64,000 bases of DNA. It comes from Candidatus Cloacimonadales bacterium. GTDB lineage: Bacteria > Cloacimonadota > Cloacimonadia > Cloacimonadales > JAIOQZ01. The notes under the pieces were generated by a model. That model saw nothing but the letters and a program-made list of their open reading frames with translations. It ran no database searches and was not told where the DNA came from. Shown here in pieces: positions 1 to 10,420 of the stretch. A program made the position numbers and the translations under genes. How positions within the stretch are numbered: the stretch's first letter is position 1; each line of letters starts with the position of its first letter. Location: positions 1,600,001 to 1,664,000 of the forward strand of contig OY771587.1 of NCBI GenBank assembly GCA_963674825.1, written 5' to 3'.

Positions 1-270
1 ATCGATTCCCTTCGGCGCGACAGCGATACAGACGAGGAACTCTTCCAGCCCTTCGATGCGCGCGTGCGGAATGGCGATTTCGTGGCCGAAACCGGTGGTT
101 CCTTGCTTTTCGCGGTCGAGAATCTTCTGATAGATATTATGCCAGTCCGCCGATTTCAGCGCTTTGCTCTTGCAAGCAAGCTGGGCCAGTTTCTTGAGCG
201 CTTCGTCTTTGTTTTTCGCGCTGAAATTCGTGCTGCACGCACGTTCATCGAACATCGGTAGTAGATTCAT
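1..270 (-). CDS. PTS EIIA-2 domain protein (PtsN/fructose EIIA-like), 3' end runs off the window
   Basis: Not in the ORF track. Manual translation from ATG at 270 gives MNLLPMFDERACSTNF...LDREKQGTTGFGHEIAIPHARIEG, with the RE-x3-TG-x4-AIPH phospho-His motif. ATGA overlap with the antiporter stop. Confidence 0.85.
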   Translation of the reverse strand, partial: MNLLPMFDERACSTNFSAKNKDEALKKLAQLACKSKALKSADWHNIYQKILDREKQGTTGFGHEIAIPHARIEGLEEFLVCIAVAPKGID

Positions 271-1526
271 CTTCGCGCCCCCATTTCATTGCCGCGAATG
301 ATAGCGAATTTGGAAAGCAGCGGTCCGGTCAGTTCGTTGAAAAACACAGAGAACAGAACGATGTTCACCATGTTATCGATGATCTTCACATACTGCGGCT
401 GGAGATTTTCCAGAAGCGGCGAAGCTTGTACCAGCAGCACAAGCCCTATTGCGACGCCTGCCTGCGGCAGCATGCAAAAGCCAAGATATTTACGGATCGG
501 CGCTGAGGTCTTTCCTATCGCGCAGCCAACATAGACTCCACCGTACTTTCCGATCGCACGGGTTAGAATATAGACGCCGCCCAGGAGCAGAATGTTACCC
601 TGCAAGATGATCTGCGGTTGCAGCTCCGTTCCGGCGATCACGAAGAAAAGCGCGTAGATCGGCGGTGTGAGCGGCTCCAGGATACGAAAGATGCGATGAT
701 TTCGCGCCGACATATTGATGATGATAGCACCGGCAGCCATGTTGGTGATCAGCGGTGAAAGATGAAACACAATCGCGGTGGCGGTCGAGAGGAAGAACAT
801 GCCCAGCGTGATAATCATGATCTCGTGGGTGTTATTCTTGCGAAAGGTGAGACGGTGAATCAGATAGCCGCTGATAATACCTATCAGGACAGACAACAGC
901 ACCTCAAGAATGGCGAACGACAGCACGCTCAGGTGACCTGCCGATTCCGACGGCGCACCCAGCATACCCGACACAACGGCAAAGATAATCCCGAAGAGGA
1001 TCACGCAGCCGGCATCATCCAGCGCGACCACGCCATAAAGATAATCGACGAAAATTCCATGTGCACGCAGCGACTGCACAATCGCGACCGTTGCCGCAGG
1101 AGCCGTTGCCGATGCGATAGCGCCCAGAAGCAGCGCGAACGGCGCTTGCATCCCTACCAGGATCAGTCCCGCCGAGACCAGCCCGAAGGTTGCCAATATC
1201 TGTACAATGGTGATGATTACAACCGCACGTCCCATTCGTTTGAGCTTCGCCCAGTAGAATTCTCCGCCAATCGTGAGCGCGATGAGGCCTAACGCAATTT
1301 CGGTGACGATTTTTAGCGATTGATTCATGTGATGCGGAATTAAGCCCAAGACAGAGTCGCCAAGGACCAGACCACCAATGATGAAGCCGGTGATTTCGGG
1401 CAGTTTGAGCTTCGCCGCGGCCCTTCCGAAGAAGTACCCGAGCAATAGAAGAATCCCCACAGAAAACAGCGCATGCTGCGTGAGAATCTCCCTTATCGAA
1501 TGATAGCCCGAAAGAAAATATTCCAT
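267..1526 (-). CDS. cation:proton antiporter (CPA2/Kef-type)
   Basis: 419 aa, about 12-13 hydrophobic segments, ATAPAAT and VALDDA motifs, PQAGVAIGL near the C-terminus. Confidence 0.85.
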   Translation of the reverse strand: MEYFLSGYHSIREILTQHALFSVGILLLLGYFFGRAAAKLKLPEITGFIIGGLVLGDSVLGLIPHHMNQSLKIVTEIALGLIALTIGGEFYWAKLKRMGRAVVIITIVQILATFGLVSAGLILVGMQAPFALLLGAIASATAPAATVAIVQSLRAHGIFVDYLYGVVALDDAGCVILFGIIFAVVSGMLGAPSESAGHLSVLSFAILEVLLSVLIGIISGYLIHRLTFRKNNTHEIMIITLGMFFLSTATAIVFHLSPLITNMAAGAIIINMSARNHRIFRILEPLTPPIYALFFVIAGTELQPQIILQGNILLLGGVYILTRAIGKYGGVYVGCAIGKTSAPIRKYLGFCMLPQAGVAIGLVLLVQASPLLENLQPQYVKIIDNMVNIVLFSVFFNELTGPLLSKFAIIRGNEMGARR

Positions 1527-1760
1527 ACTCCGACACCTTGTAAATGTGCATGTGGCGTGATTTTACAGCAATGTCGAATCACACAGGATATATTTGATAC
1601 TGTCAATAGAATTCTGTGAATTGTAAACTCCTGCCCACCAATTCGTGAGAGGAGTATTTAGGCGACTCGCTCGGAGATCAAGTACTACAATCGAAAGACA
1701 GCCAAGTTCAGGCTTGATATTACTTTCTCGCTGGATACGCAGACATCCTCGTCTGCATCG

Positions 1761-3068
1761 CTACTTCTCCTGTTTCTCCCTCAGTTTCTTCCACCATTCC
1801 AGACGCTTGCGAATATCCTTCTCAAAACCGAACGGCGATGGTTCATAGTAGGTCTTCTCACCCATCTTCCCGGGGAAGTAGTTCTGGTAATGGTAATGAT
1901 TCTCGAAGTTGTGGGAGTAAGCGTAATCTTTACCGTAATCGAGGTTTTTCATGAGTTGCGTTGGAGCATTACGAATATGCATGGGAACACCGAGGTGACT
2001 GGTTTTCCGAGCATCTTCGCGAGCCTGCGAGTAGGCGTGGTAGATGGCGTTGCTCTTGGGTGCGGTCGCAAGATAGACCACGAGCTGCGCGATGGCGTTA
2101 TCGGCCTCGGGCATACCCAGGAAATGAACCGCGTCTTTCACCGCAATAGCCTGCTGCAAGGCGTTCGGATCGGCAAGCCCCACATCCTCCGAAGCCATCC
2201 GTACCAACCTGCGTACCAGATAGAGCGGATCTTCGCCTGCTTCGAGCATGCGCGCCAGCCAATAGAGCGCCGCCTGCGGATCGCTACCGCGAATTGACTT
2301 GTGCAGCGCCGAGATCAGGTTGTAGTGTTCCTCACCGCTCTTATCGTAGAACATCGCCTTCTTGGCCAGTCGATTGGACGCCGATTCCACGTCGAGCAGC
2401 TCGCCTTCCATGAATTGATTGAGCAGAATTTCGAGGTAGTTGAGCGCTTTGCGTGCATCACCACCGCTGAGGTCAGCGATGTAGTCCAGAACCTCGTCAG
2501 GAACGGTACGATCGACCTTGGTTAATGCACGATCCATGATCGATTTCAGGTGCGGTTCACCCAGCGATTCCAGCACGAATACGTGGCAGCGTGAAAGGAG
2601 AGCCGGGATAATCTCGAAGCTTGGATTCTCGGTGGTCGCACCGATGAGTATAATCGCTCCCGACTCGATGTAGGGCAGAAACGCGTCCTGTTGAGCCTTG
2701 TTGAAACGGTGGATCTCATCGACGAACAGGATCGTCCCCTTATTCTCGGTATGGAGCGTATATTCGGCTTCCTTCATGACCTCTTTGACATCCTTGATGC
2801 TGGCCAGAACCGCGCTGAAGGCAAGGAAGCGATTTTCGGCCTTCTGTTGGATCAGCCGGGCAATGGTTGTCTTGCCGCAACCGGGCGGTCCCCAAAGGAT
2901 AAACGAGGAATATTTCCCGGTCTGGATCATGGTGCGCAGGGCCGAGTTTTCGGAAAGGAGCTTTTCCTGCCCGAGGATATCGTCGAGGCTGTCCGGACGT
3001 GCTTTTTCCGCGAGCGGTATGTTGGTCGGTTTTATCTGGTCGCTGAATAAATCGAGCTGATCTTTCAT
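1761..3068 (-). CDS. rarA: replication-associated recombination protein A (RarA/MgsA AAA+ ATPase)
   Basis: PLAEKARP, GPPGCGKTT Walker A, VDEIHRFNKAQQD, GATTENPSF, ISALHKSIRGSD, ASEDVGLADP. Confidence 0.95.
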   Translation of the reverse strand: MKDQLDLFSDQIKPTNIPLAEKARPDSLDDILGQEKLLSENSALRTMIQTGKYSSFILWGPPGCGKTTIARLIQQKAENRFLAFSAVLASIKDVKEVMKEAEYTLHTENKGTILFVDEIHRFNKAQQDAFLPYIESGAIILIGATTENPSFEIIPALLSRCHVFVLESLGEPHLKSIMDRALTKVDRTVPDEVLDYIADLSGGDARKALNYLEILLNQFMEGELLDVESASNRLAKKAMFYDKSGEEHYNLISALHKSIRGSDPQAALYWLARMLEAGEDPLYLVRRLVRMASEDVGLADPNALQQAIAVKDAVHFLGMPEADNAIAQLVVYLATAPKSNAIYHAYSQAREDARKTSHLGVPMHIRNAPTQLMKNLDYGKDYAYSHNFENHYHYQNYFPGKMGEKTYYEPSPFGFEKDIRKRLEWWKKLREKQEK

Positions 3069-3961
3069 TTCTTATCTCCTGTGATAACACGGAGCTTCTC
3101 ACCGGTGATCTCGATCATGAGGTCATTCCAGCGCTTGGGCTCGGGTAGCTCGCCATCGAGGTAAACAGGGATTCCGCAAGGTGCCAAAAGATGTAATTGT
3201 CTGCATCGAAATTCGCGCACCACCGGGTGTTCGATATGCTTGCCCGTAAAGACCTTCGGCAGAAGCAGTAGTGCCTTGAAGATCGAGATATGTCGCACCA
3301 GGCAGACATCAAGTAAACCGTCGTTGAGATCGGCGTTGGGCGTAACTGGAATACCGCCGCCGGTCGTGCTGCCATTTCCGACCGCAGCCAGAAGGTATTT
3401 CTCGCTGAAGCGCTCACCATCCGCTACCACATCCATCGAATAGCCCTCATAGCTGATAAACGCCATGAGGATACCTGCCAAATAGCGCACCATACCCTGC
3501 ATCGGACGCACTTTTTCGGCCATCCAGGAGGCTTTGGCGTCGAAACCTGCACCAAGGTTGTTGATGAAAAAGCGGTCATTGAGCTTGCAGACATCGACTT
3601 CCGAAGTACGGTCACTCAGGATAGCATCGAAGGCAATCGCCGGCTCGCGAGGGATACCGATCATCCTGCCGAAATCGTTGCCACCGCCTGCCGGCATCGT
3701 GCCGAGTATTGGTCTCTTTGTCCGATCGATCCGCATAAGACCGTTCACCACTTCGTTCAAGGTTCCGTCTCCACCTACGGAAACAACATGCGTGAATCCT
3801 TCTTCCACAGCTATCGAAGCCTTTTTCTGAGCATCTCCCGCACATTGGGTGGTATAGAGCGTGATGTCGAGCCCAGAATGTTTGTGTACGTGCTCAATGT
3901 AGCGTCGGGTCTTATTTCCTCCACGCGTGATAGGATTCACGATGAACAGGTAACGTTTCAT
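3065..3961 (-). CDS. diacylglycerol/lipid kinase family protein (YegS/DgkB-like)
   Basis: NP motif, GGDGTLNEVVNG, PAGGGNDF, DGLLDV, YLDGE. Confidence 0.9.
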   Translation of the reverse strand: MKRYLFIVNPITRGGNKTRRYIEHVHKHSGLDITLYTTQCAGDAQKKASIAVEEGFTHVVSVGGDGTLNEVVNGLMRIDRTKRPILGTMPAGGGNDFGRMIGIPREPAIAFDAILSDRTSEVDVCKLNDRFFINNLGAGFDAKASWMAEKVRPMQGMVRYLAGILMAFISYEGYSMDVVADGERFSEKYLLAAVGNGSTTGGGIPVTPNADLNDGLLDVCLVRHISIFKALLLLPKVFTGKHIEHPVVREFRCRQLHLLAPCGIPVYLDGELPEPKRWNDLMIEITGEKLRVITGDKK

Positions 3962-4115
3962 GTTTTATTCTCCTTGAAATCTGGATCGATCGTCAGGTAT
4001 TTTGTTGCCGCACCCGCAAATCAGTGCAAGGAAAAAATCTGTTAACATCTTCTTCTTGACGCAAGTCGGTTTGTCGTAAAGCATGCCCGAAAACGATCCA
4101 GTAGGGGATACGAGC

Positions 4116-5303
4116 ATGAATATACTGTTTCTGTCGCCCATTTATTCGACCTTCATTCATACGCAGGTTGCGAAGCTGCTGCAAATGGACGATATCTCGG
4201 GAAAGGCCGAATTCCTGGTTCGGCGCTACGCATGGATGCGCAGTAGTAACTACCGGAGCAACTTCCAGCCAGAACGACTCACGGTACGCATTCCCGACGA
4301 ACATTCACATCTGCTGTTTCATCCCAATCTCCCGCGCGACTTGCTATTGCACATGAACGCACGCTGGATCGCGAGCATACTCAAAAAACAATACCGTAAA
4401 GGTGACTTCGACCTCATCCATGCGCATACTCTCTTTCCCGCCGGCGCAACCGCGATGTATCTCGCAAAGAAGTGGGATATCCCTTTTGTGGTCACCACCC
4501 ATGGCTCCGATTTCTACCGCATCCGGCCAGAACTCAATCAAACGCGCGGTGGACGTGCGTACGACAAAGCCACGGCAAGAATCGTGGAGAAGGTGTTGCA
4601 GTACTCCGATCGCATCATCGCTGTCTCACCCGGATACGCGGAAGATATCCACAAGATTGTACCGGAAGCAAAGGTCGAGGTGATCCCAAACAGCTACGAT
4701 CACACCATTTTCTATCCCGGAGACCGCGAAGAAGCCCGACGCGAACTCGGCTTCCCGGATGGCCGCACCATCCTGCTAAGTGTGGGACACTATACCCGGA
4801 CAAAGGGCTTCGAATACCTTATCGAAGCAATGCCAACATTGGTCGAGAAATACGGCGACATCAAGCTCTATCTGATCGGGCACGGAGAACTGGAAGGCAA
4901 CCTCCAGGCGATGATCGACGAAAGGAAGCTCCAGAAGCACGTCGAGCTTCACTCACCCGTCCGTCATGATGAGCTTGCAACATGGTACCGCGCAGCCGAT
5001 CTCTATCTGCAACCGTCGCTCAACGAGACCTTCGGTCTGGCTCTGGCCGAGGCACAGGCCTGCGGACTTCCAGCCGTAACATCCACCGCAACCGGACCAT
5101 CGTACATCTTGAATCTCTCCAAAGGCGGATTGATGGTTCCCGCTGAGGACCCCAAAGCATTGGAGCAGGCAATAACGAGGATTCTCGATGACAAGGAGCT
5201 CTATGCCCAGATACGAACTGCCGCGCCGGGCAATGTCAAGAAATCGCTGACCAACCTTGAAGAACGTATCAGATTACTCTACCATAAGCTTTTACTACGA
5301 TAG
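4116..5303 (+). CDS. glycosyltransferase family 4 (GT-B)
   Basis: DLIHAH, TTHGSD, KGFEYLIEA, ETFGLALAEAQACG (E-x7-E). ATG 4116 follows an AGGGGA SD. Confidence 0.9.
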   Translation: MNILFLSPIYSTFIHTQVAKLLQMDDISGKAEFLVRRYAWMRSSNYRSNFQPERLTVRIPDEHSHLLFHPNLPRDLLLHMNARWIASILKKQYRKGDFDLIHAHTLFPAGATAMYLAKKWDIPFVVTTHGSDFYRIRPELNQTRGGRAYDKATARIVEKVLQYSDRIIAVSPGYAEDIHKIVPEAKVEVIPNSYDHTIFYPGDREEARRELGFPDGRTILLSVGHYTRTKGFEYLIEAMPTLVEKYGDIKLYLIGHGELEGNLQAMIDERKLQKHVELHSPVRHDELATWYRAADLYLQPSLNETFGLALAEAQACGLPAVTSTATGPSYILNLSKGGLMVPAEDPKALEQAITRILDDKELYAQIRTAAPGNVKKSLTNLEERIRLLYHKLLLR

Positions 5304-5472
5304 CTGTTATTCACCTATACATTCACTTCTGTCATGAAACCGAATTCACTATTTGCGTTCCTATTTCATTGCACAAAAACACGTTGACAGAAAAAACGAG
5401 TACAAACTAAATGATCTGTTCATTATTCGGCCGGTTATCATACCGGAAATGGAAACAGAGACTGGGGTCTAA

Positions 5473-6204
5473 ATGGATAAACAACAGCCAATAGCACTCA
5501 TTACCGGCGCTGCCCGTGGTATCGGAGCAGCCATCGCCAAACAACTCAGCGCAGACGGTTATATTATCTGGGCAAACTACCGCAGCAACCACGAAGCAGC
5601 CAGCCTACTCAAGCAGGAAATCGAGGAACAAGGCGGACAGTGCGTGCTTGTTCCGTTCGATGTCGCCGACGAAGAGCAGGTCAATCAGGCGCTCTCTCCA
5701 CTTCTGGAGAACGCAACACCGGATGTCCTGGTCAATAACGCCGGCTTCAGCCGCGACAGCTTGATGGTTTGGATGTCGTCGGAAGACTGGCAGGCCGTCA
5801 CCGACGTTACCCTGCGCGGTTTCTTCCTGGTCACCAAGCAAGTCCTGCTGGGCATGATGAAGCAGCGCAAAGGTGTCATCGTCAACGTCGCCTCCACCGC
5901 GGGACAGAGCGGACTCGCCGGACAGGCAAACTATTCCGCCGCCAAAGCCGGGCTCATCGGCGCAACCAAGTCGCTTGCCAAAGAGGTTATCAAGCGTAAG
6001 GTGCGCGTCAACTGCGTCGCGCCGGGATTTGTCGAGACCGATATGACAAACGATCTCCCGGTTGACGAGATCAAGAAAACCATCCCCGCCGGAAGGTTCG
6101 GCAAAGTGGAAGAAATCGCCGGCGTGGTGAGCTTCCTATGCTCGGACGCAGCCGCCTATATCGTAGGCGAAACCATCTCCGTCAACGGCGGAATTTACAC
6201 CTGA
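5473..6204 (+). CDS. fabG: 3-oxoacyl-ACP reductase (ketoreductase of the lipid cluster)
   Basis: TGAARGIG, NNAG, YSAAK, VAPGFVETDM SDR motifs. Confidence 0.9.
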   Translation: MDKQQPIALITGAARGIGAAIAKQLSADGYIIWANYRSNHEAASLLKQEIEEQGGQCVLVPFDVADEEQVNQALSPLLENATPDVLVNNAGFSRDSLMVWMSSEDWQAVTDVTLRGFFLVTKQVLLGMMKQRKGVIVNVASTAGQSGLAGQANYSAAKAGLIGATKSLAKEVIKRKVRVNCVAPGFVETDMTNDLPVDEIKKTIPAGRFGKVEEIAGVVSFLCSDAAAYIVGETISVNGGIYT

Positions 6205-6250
6205 TCAACGATTTTCGCATCAGCGGAATCCACATAGAAAGAGGTTGAAC

Positions 6251-7465
6251 ATGTACGATGTCGCGATCACCGGTATCGGTGTCGTATCTACCCTGGGAAC
6301 GGGAGTCGAAAAGGTAGCCCGTTCGCTGGAGCAGGGTAAAACTGGAGTAGGAATTGATCCGGAGCGCAAGGAACTCGGCTTCCGCAGCACGCTGACCGGA
6401 ATCATCGATGATTTCGAGCCACCGCAGATGCCGCGTAAACAGCGCAAGACGCTCAGCGATTTCGGCCTGCAAGGCTACGCAGCGGCGCTTGAAGCAGTCG
6501 AGATGGCGGGATGGAGTCAGGAAGATATCCAGACCAGCAGAACCGGCCTGATCATCGGAAACGATTCCTCCGCAATCGCAAATATAACACCTTACGAAGT
6601 TGTTATGCGGGAGAAATCAACGTTCCCGATCGGCGCGACGGTAATCTTCCAGGCGCTGACCTCCACCGTGACGATGAATCTCAATACACTTTTTGGAAAT
6701 CGCGGCGCGTCCTGGACCATATCGGGAGCATGCGCCAGTGGTGGACACGCTGTTGGGCAAGCAGCAGACCTGATCGCGCTTGGCAGGCAGGATCGAGTCA
6801 TATGCGGTGGCGTGCAGGAGATAAGCTGGCAATCGGTTTGCAGCTTCGATGCAACCAACGCCTTTTCCCTCCGTATGGACGAACCCGAGAAGGCGTGTCG
6901 TCCATTCGACAAAGACCGCGACGGCCTGATTCCCAGCGGTGGTGCAGCAATTGTCGCACTCGAGCGGGGCGATATCGCTCGAAAACGTGGTGCAAATATT
7001 CTCGGATGGGTACGTGGCTACGGATTCTCATCCGATGGGCAGAACCTCTCGGTTCCTTCCGGCGACGGCCTGCGGGACTGCATTAAACTCTGTCTCGAAA
7101 ACGCGAAGCTCAATCCTGATCAGATCGACTATATCAATGCGCACGCCACATCGACACCAGTCGGTGACGCCATGGAAGCACGCGCAATCGGCGAAGTTTT
7201 CGCCAACAGCAATCCGTGGGTATCATCAACCAAATCGATGACCGGCCACGAGATGTGGATGTCTGGTGCGGCACAGGTCGTTTACACGCTGCTTATGGCT
7301 CAAAATGGCTTCATTGCGCCCAATCTGAACTACACCACTCCAGATCCCGAAATGCCCACACTCAGGATCGCAAAGGAAACCATTGCGCTAAAACCGAGAC
7401 TGGCACTGCTCAACTCTGCCGGCTTCGGCGGAACGAATTCCTGTCTGATCATTGAGAGCGAATGA
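6251..7465 (+). CDS. beta-ketoacyl-ACP synthase (FabB/FabF-like KS 1)
   Basis: Catalytic triad GACASG, NAHATST, KSMTGHE; NSAGFGGTN. Confidence 0.9.
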   Translation: MYDVAITGIGVVSTLGTGVEKVARSLEQGKTGVGIDPERKELGFRSTLTGIIDDFEPPQMPRKQRKTLSDFGLQGYAAALEAVEMAGWSQEDIQTSRTGLIIGNDSSAIANITPYEVVMREKSTFPIGATVIFQALTSTVTMNLNTLFGNRGASWTISGACASGGHAVGQAADLIALGRQDRVICGGVQEISWQSVCSFDATNAFSLRMDEPEKACRPFDKDRDGLIPSGGAAIVALERGDIARKRGANILGWVRGYGFSSDGQNLSVPSGDGLRDCIKLCLENAKLNPDQIDYINAHATSTPVGDAMEARAIGEVFANSNPWVSSTKSMTGHEMWMSGAAQVVYTLLMAQNGFIAPNLNYTTPDPEMPTLRIAKETIALKPRLALLNSAGFGGTNSCLIIESE

Positions 7466-8913
7466 GCAAATACGACAGTATCGTAATCGGCGCGGGTGCG
7501 AGCGGATGCGCCTCGGCGTTGCTTCTTGCCATGAACGGGCAGAAAGTCGCACTTGTGGAGTCCCACCGAACCCTGATGCCGCTGATCAAACGATTCAAGC
7601 GCCAAGGCTACTGGTGCGATCCCGGATTCCACTATACTGGCGGTTTGCATCACGATGGCAAGATGTCCGTTTACATGCGCTATATGGGGCTCGACAGCAT
7701 GATCCGGCCTGTCATGATGGATCAGGAATGCTTCGATATCATCCGCGTGAAGGATCGCGAATTTCGCATCCCGTGGGGTATGAAGCGATTACGAGACTAC
7801 CTTTGCTCAGAATTCCCAAAGTCAAGCGCTGCCATCAACACCTATCTCGACTATTTTCACGCGTTGAACGAAAACACCGCTTTCACAAACTACGATCTCC
7901 CCTATGGCACCTATCCTGATGAGATCATCGATTCGCGGAGCCTCTATCGATACCTGCGCGATCTTGGCGCTGAAAAGCAATTGATACAGCTCATCGGTGT
8001 CCACGGCAGCATCGTGTACGGTGCTGACTTGCTGGAAACTCCGGCGTTCATGAACGCTTATATCATGTGGTCGTTCTACAACGGCACCGGGACATTCATC
8101 AACGGCGGCGACGCGCTGGTTGATGCCTTTTCGAAGCGACTCAGCGAGGCCGGGGTAGATGTGTTTCTCGGTTCACCGGTGACGAAGGTCGATATCGATT
8201 CGCAACGTATATTCCGGGGTGTCGAGATCGCCGGAGAAACAATGCTTGAAGCCGATCATTGCGTCGCGAGTCTACATCCACAACGCCTGATGAACCTGAT
8301 CCCAGACCACGGCGTAAGGCCAGCATTCCGTAAAAGAGTGAACGGATTGCAAAACACCGCCTCATTTGCCACGATTTTTTATGGAACTACGATAATCCCC
8401 GAGCCGATCAAGCATGCGAACGAATACACATTTTCACCTGATCGCAAGGACGCTATGGACGGAACTTTCGCCATCATGAAAACCGATCCGGAGCAGAAAA
8501 ACGCGCTTACAGTAATACTTCCGATCAATTCAAATGAATTGGACGATTTATTCAATATTGACAGAAAAGAAGAACCTGAGAAATATCAATCCTTGAAAAA
8601 GGAGATCGGTAAACGGGCGGATCGTGCGCTTTTCCAACGGTTTCCGGAGCTGAAAGGCCATGCGGAAATACTGGATATTGCCACACCGGCAACCTACCAG
8701 CGCTACACTGGCACGCCTCGAGGAACCGCCTACGGTCTGAAGCAATCGAATCAGACCTTCTCGCTGACCACACGCACACCGGTACAGGGTTTGTTCCTTG
8801 CGGGACAAAGCTTGAGTCCGGGAGTACTTGGCGCGTTCGTGACAGGCTTCATGGCTACCGCATCGATCATAGATCCCGATCCGATCTGGAAGGAACTCAG
8901 AAAATGCAGATAA
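7462..8913 (+). CDS. phytoene desaturase-like FAD-dependent oxidoreductase
   Basis: GAGASG dinucleotide fold, DPGFHYTGG, ATPATYQRYTG...GTAYG, GLFLAGQS. Confidence 0.8.
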   Translation: MSKYDSIVIGAGASGCASALLLAMNGQKVALVESHRTLMPLIKRFKRQGYWCDPGFHYTGGLHHDGKMSVYMRYMGLDSMIRPVMMDQECFDIIRVKDREFRIPWGMKRLRDYLCSEFPKSSAAINTYLDYFHALNENTAFTNYDLPYGTYPDEIIDSRSLYRYLRDLGAEKQLIQLIGVHGSIVYGADLLETPAFMNAYIMWSFYNGTGTFINGGDALVDAFSKRLSEAGVDVFLGSPVTKVDIDSQRIFRGVEIAGETMLEADHCVASLHPQRLMNLIPDHGVRPAFRKRVNGLQNTASFATIFYGTTIIPEPIKHANEYTFSPDRKDAMDGTFAIMKTDPEQKNALTVILPINSNELDDLFNIDRKEEPEKYQSLKKEIGKRADRALFQRFPELKGHAEILDIATPATYQRYTGTPRGTAYGLKQSNQTFSLTTRTPVQGLFLAGQSLSPGVLGAFVTGFMATASIIDPDPIWKELRKCR

Positions 8914-10148
8914 ATCGAGTTGTAATAACCGGCATGGGGGCCGTATCTCCCTTTGGAGCAGGCGCAGATAAGATGTATGACAGTCTTTGCGCAGGCAAAA
9001 CCGGTGTTGTGAACCTGAAGAAGGAATGGCAAGAAATCGTATCCGACCTGGAATGCTGGGTCGGTGCACCGGTCATCGAAGAGCTCAATGAGAAAAAGAT
9101 CCCTCGTCGCTACCGTAAGCTGATGGGACGCACCGCGATCCTCTCGTACTTCGCAGCGCTGGAAGCGATCGAAAGCGCTGGAATCACCGATGAAATGCTT
9201 CGTTCGGGCGAAGTCGGCGTATGCTTCGGATCTTCGCTGGGCAGCATCCAGAGTACAGCGGAATTTTTCTCCGAAATCATCCGCACAAGCGAAAGCCATC
9301 AGCTCTCATCGGGGATGTTCTTTCAGGTGATGAGCCATACAGCGGCTGCAAACCTGGCGCATGTATTTGGAATTACCGGCAGGGTTCTGGCTGCAAACGC
9401 AGCCTGCGCATCTTCATTGCAATCGATTGGCGTAGCCTACGAGCAAGTTCGCTACGGGATGGCGGATATCATGATTTGCGGTGGTGCTGAAGAGCTTCAC
9501 GCCTACACCAGCACATCGTTTGACATCGTACAGGGAACCTCTACCCACTACAACGATAGCCCCTCCGATACACCTCGGCCATTCGACCGAGATCGTGACG
9601 GAACCGTTTGTGGAGAAGGCGCTGGTTGCCTGATCATTGAATCTGAGGAATCGGCGAAGAAGCGTGGCGCGACGATCCTGGCAGAGATAATAGGATTCCA
9701 AACATCTGCAAGCGGCGAACATATGTCCCATTCGAATGCGGAATCCATTGTATCCTGCATGCGTAAAACGCTCCAAAGCGCAGGAATCAATCCCGAAGAT
9801 GTAGATTATATCAACGCCCACGCGACCGCAACCGAACTTGGCGACCTTCACGAAGCTCAGGCGATCGAAGAGGTATTCAACGGGCATAAAATACCGGTCA
9901 GCAGCCTCAAGGGTTACATGGGTCACACACTTGGAGCCAGCGGAGCACTGGAGCTGATCGCATCGGTATTCATGATGCGAGATCAACAGATTCTCCCCAC
10001 ACGAAACCTGAGCAACCCGGACGATGCCGCCAAAAACTTGCGGCACGTGACCAGTATCGAGCCTGCGAAACTTGATATTATTCTAAAAAACAGCTTCGCC
10101 TTTGGGGGAATCAACACGGCACTATTGATAAGGAGTTATAAATCATGA
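8904..10148 (+). CDS. beta-ketoacyl-ACP synthase (FabF/ApeR-like KS 2)
   Basis: AACASS, NAHATAT, KGYMGHTLGA, NSFAFGGIN. Confidence 0.9.
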   Translation: MQINRVVITGMGAVSPFGAGADKMYDSLCAGKTGVVNLKKEWQEIVSDLECWVGAPVIEELNEKKIPRRYRKLMGRTAILSYFAALEAIESAGITDEMLRSGEVGVCFGSSLGSIQSTAEFFSEIIRTSESHQLSSGMFFQVMSHTAAANLAHVFGITGRVLAANAACASSLQSIGVAYEQVRYGMADIMICGGAEELHAYTSTSFDIVQGTSTHYNDSPSDTPRPFDRDRDGTVCGEGAGCLIIESEESAKKRGATILAEIIGFQTSASGEHMSHSNAESIVSCMRKTLQSAGINPEDVDYINAHATATELGDLHEAQAIEEVFNGHKIPVSSLKGYMGHTLGASGALELIASVFMMRDQQILPTRNLSNPDDAAKNLRHVTSIEPAKLDIILKNSFAFGGINTALLIRSYKS

Positions 10149-10399
10149 ACGATGAAATGATTATGGAAAAAATTTCACGTATTCTGGTCGATGAATTTGA
10201 AATTGAAGAAGATAAGATCACGACGGAAGCGACGCTTTACGATGAACTGGGCCTGGATAGCCTGGACGGTGTGGATCTGATCGTTATGCTTGAAAACGAA
10301 TTTGGCTTCAAGGTCGATCGCAAGCAGGATGAAAGCGTCATTCGCGCAATGAGGAACGTACAGCACATCGTCGATTTCATCAAGCAAAAAGCTGCCTGA
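10145..10399 (+). CDS. acyl carrier protein
   Basis: 84 aa acidic protein with LGLDSLD phosphopantetheine site. Confidence 0.95.
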   Translation: MNDEMIMEKISRILVDEFEIEEDKITTEATLYDELGLDSLDGVDLIVMLENEFGFKVDRKQDESVIRAMRNVQHIVDFIKQKAA

Positions 10400-10420
10400 T
10401 TCTTCATCATAGAGCGGAAA

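Noticed and set aside
7462..8913. Carotenoid pathway
   Set aside because: No phytoene synthase or other crt genes; the CrtI-like gene is coupled to ketosynthases
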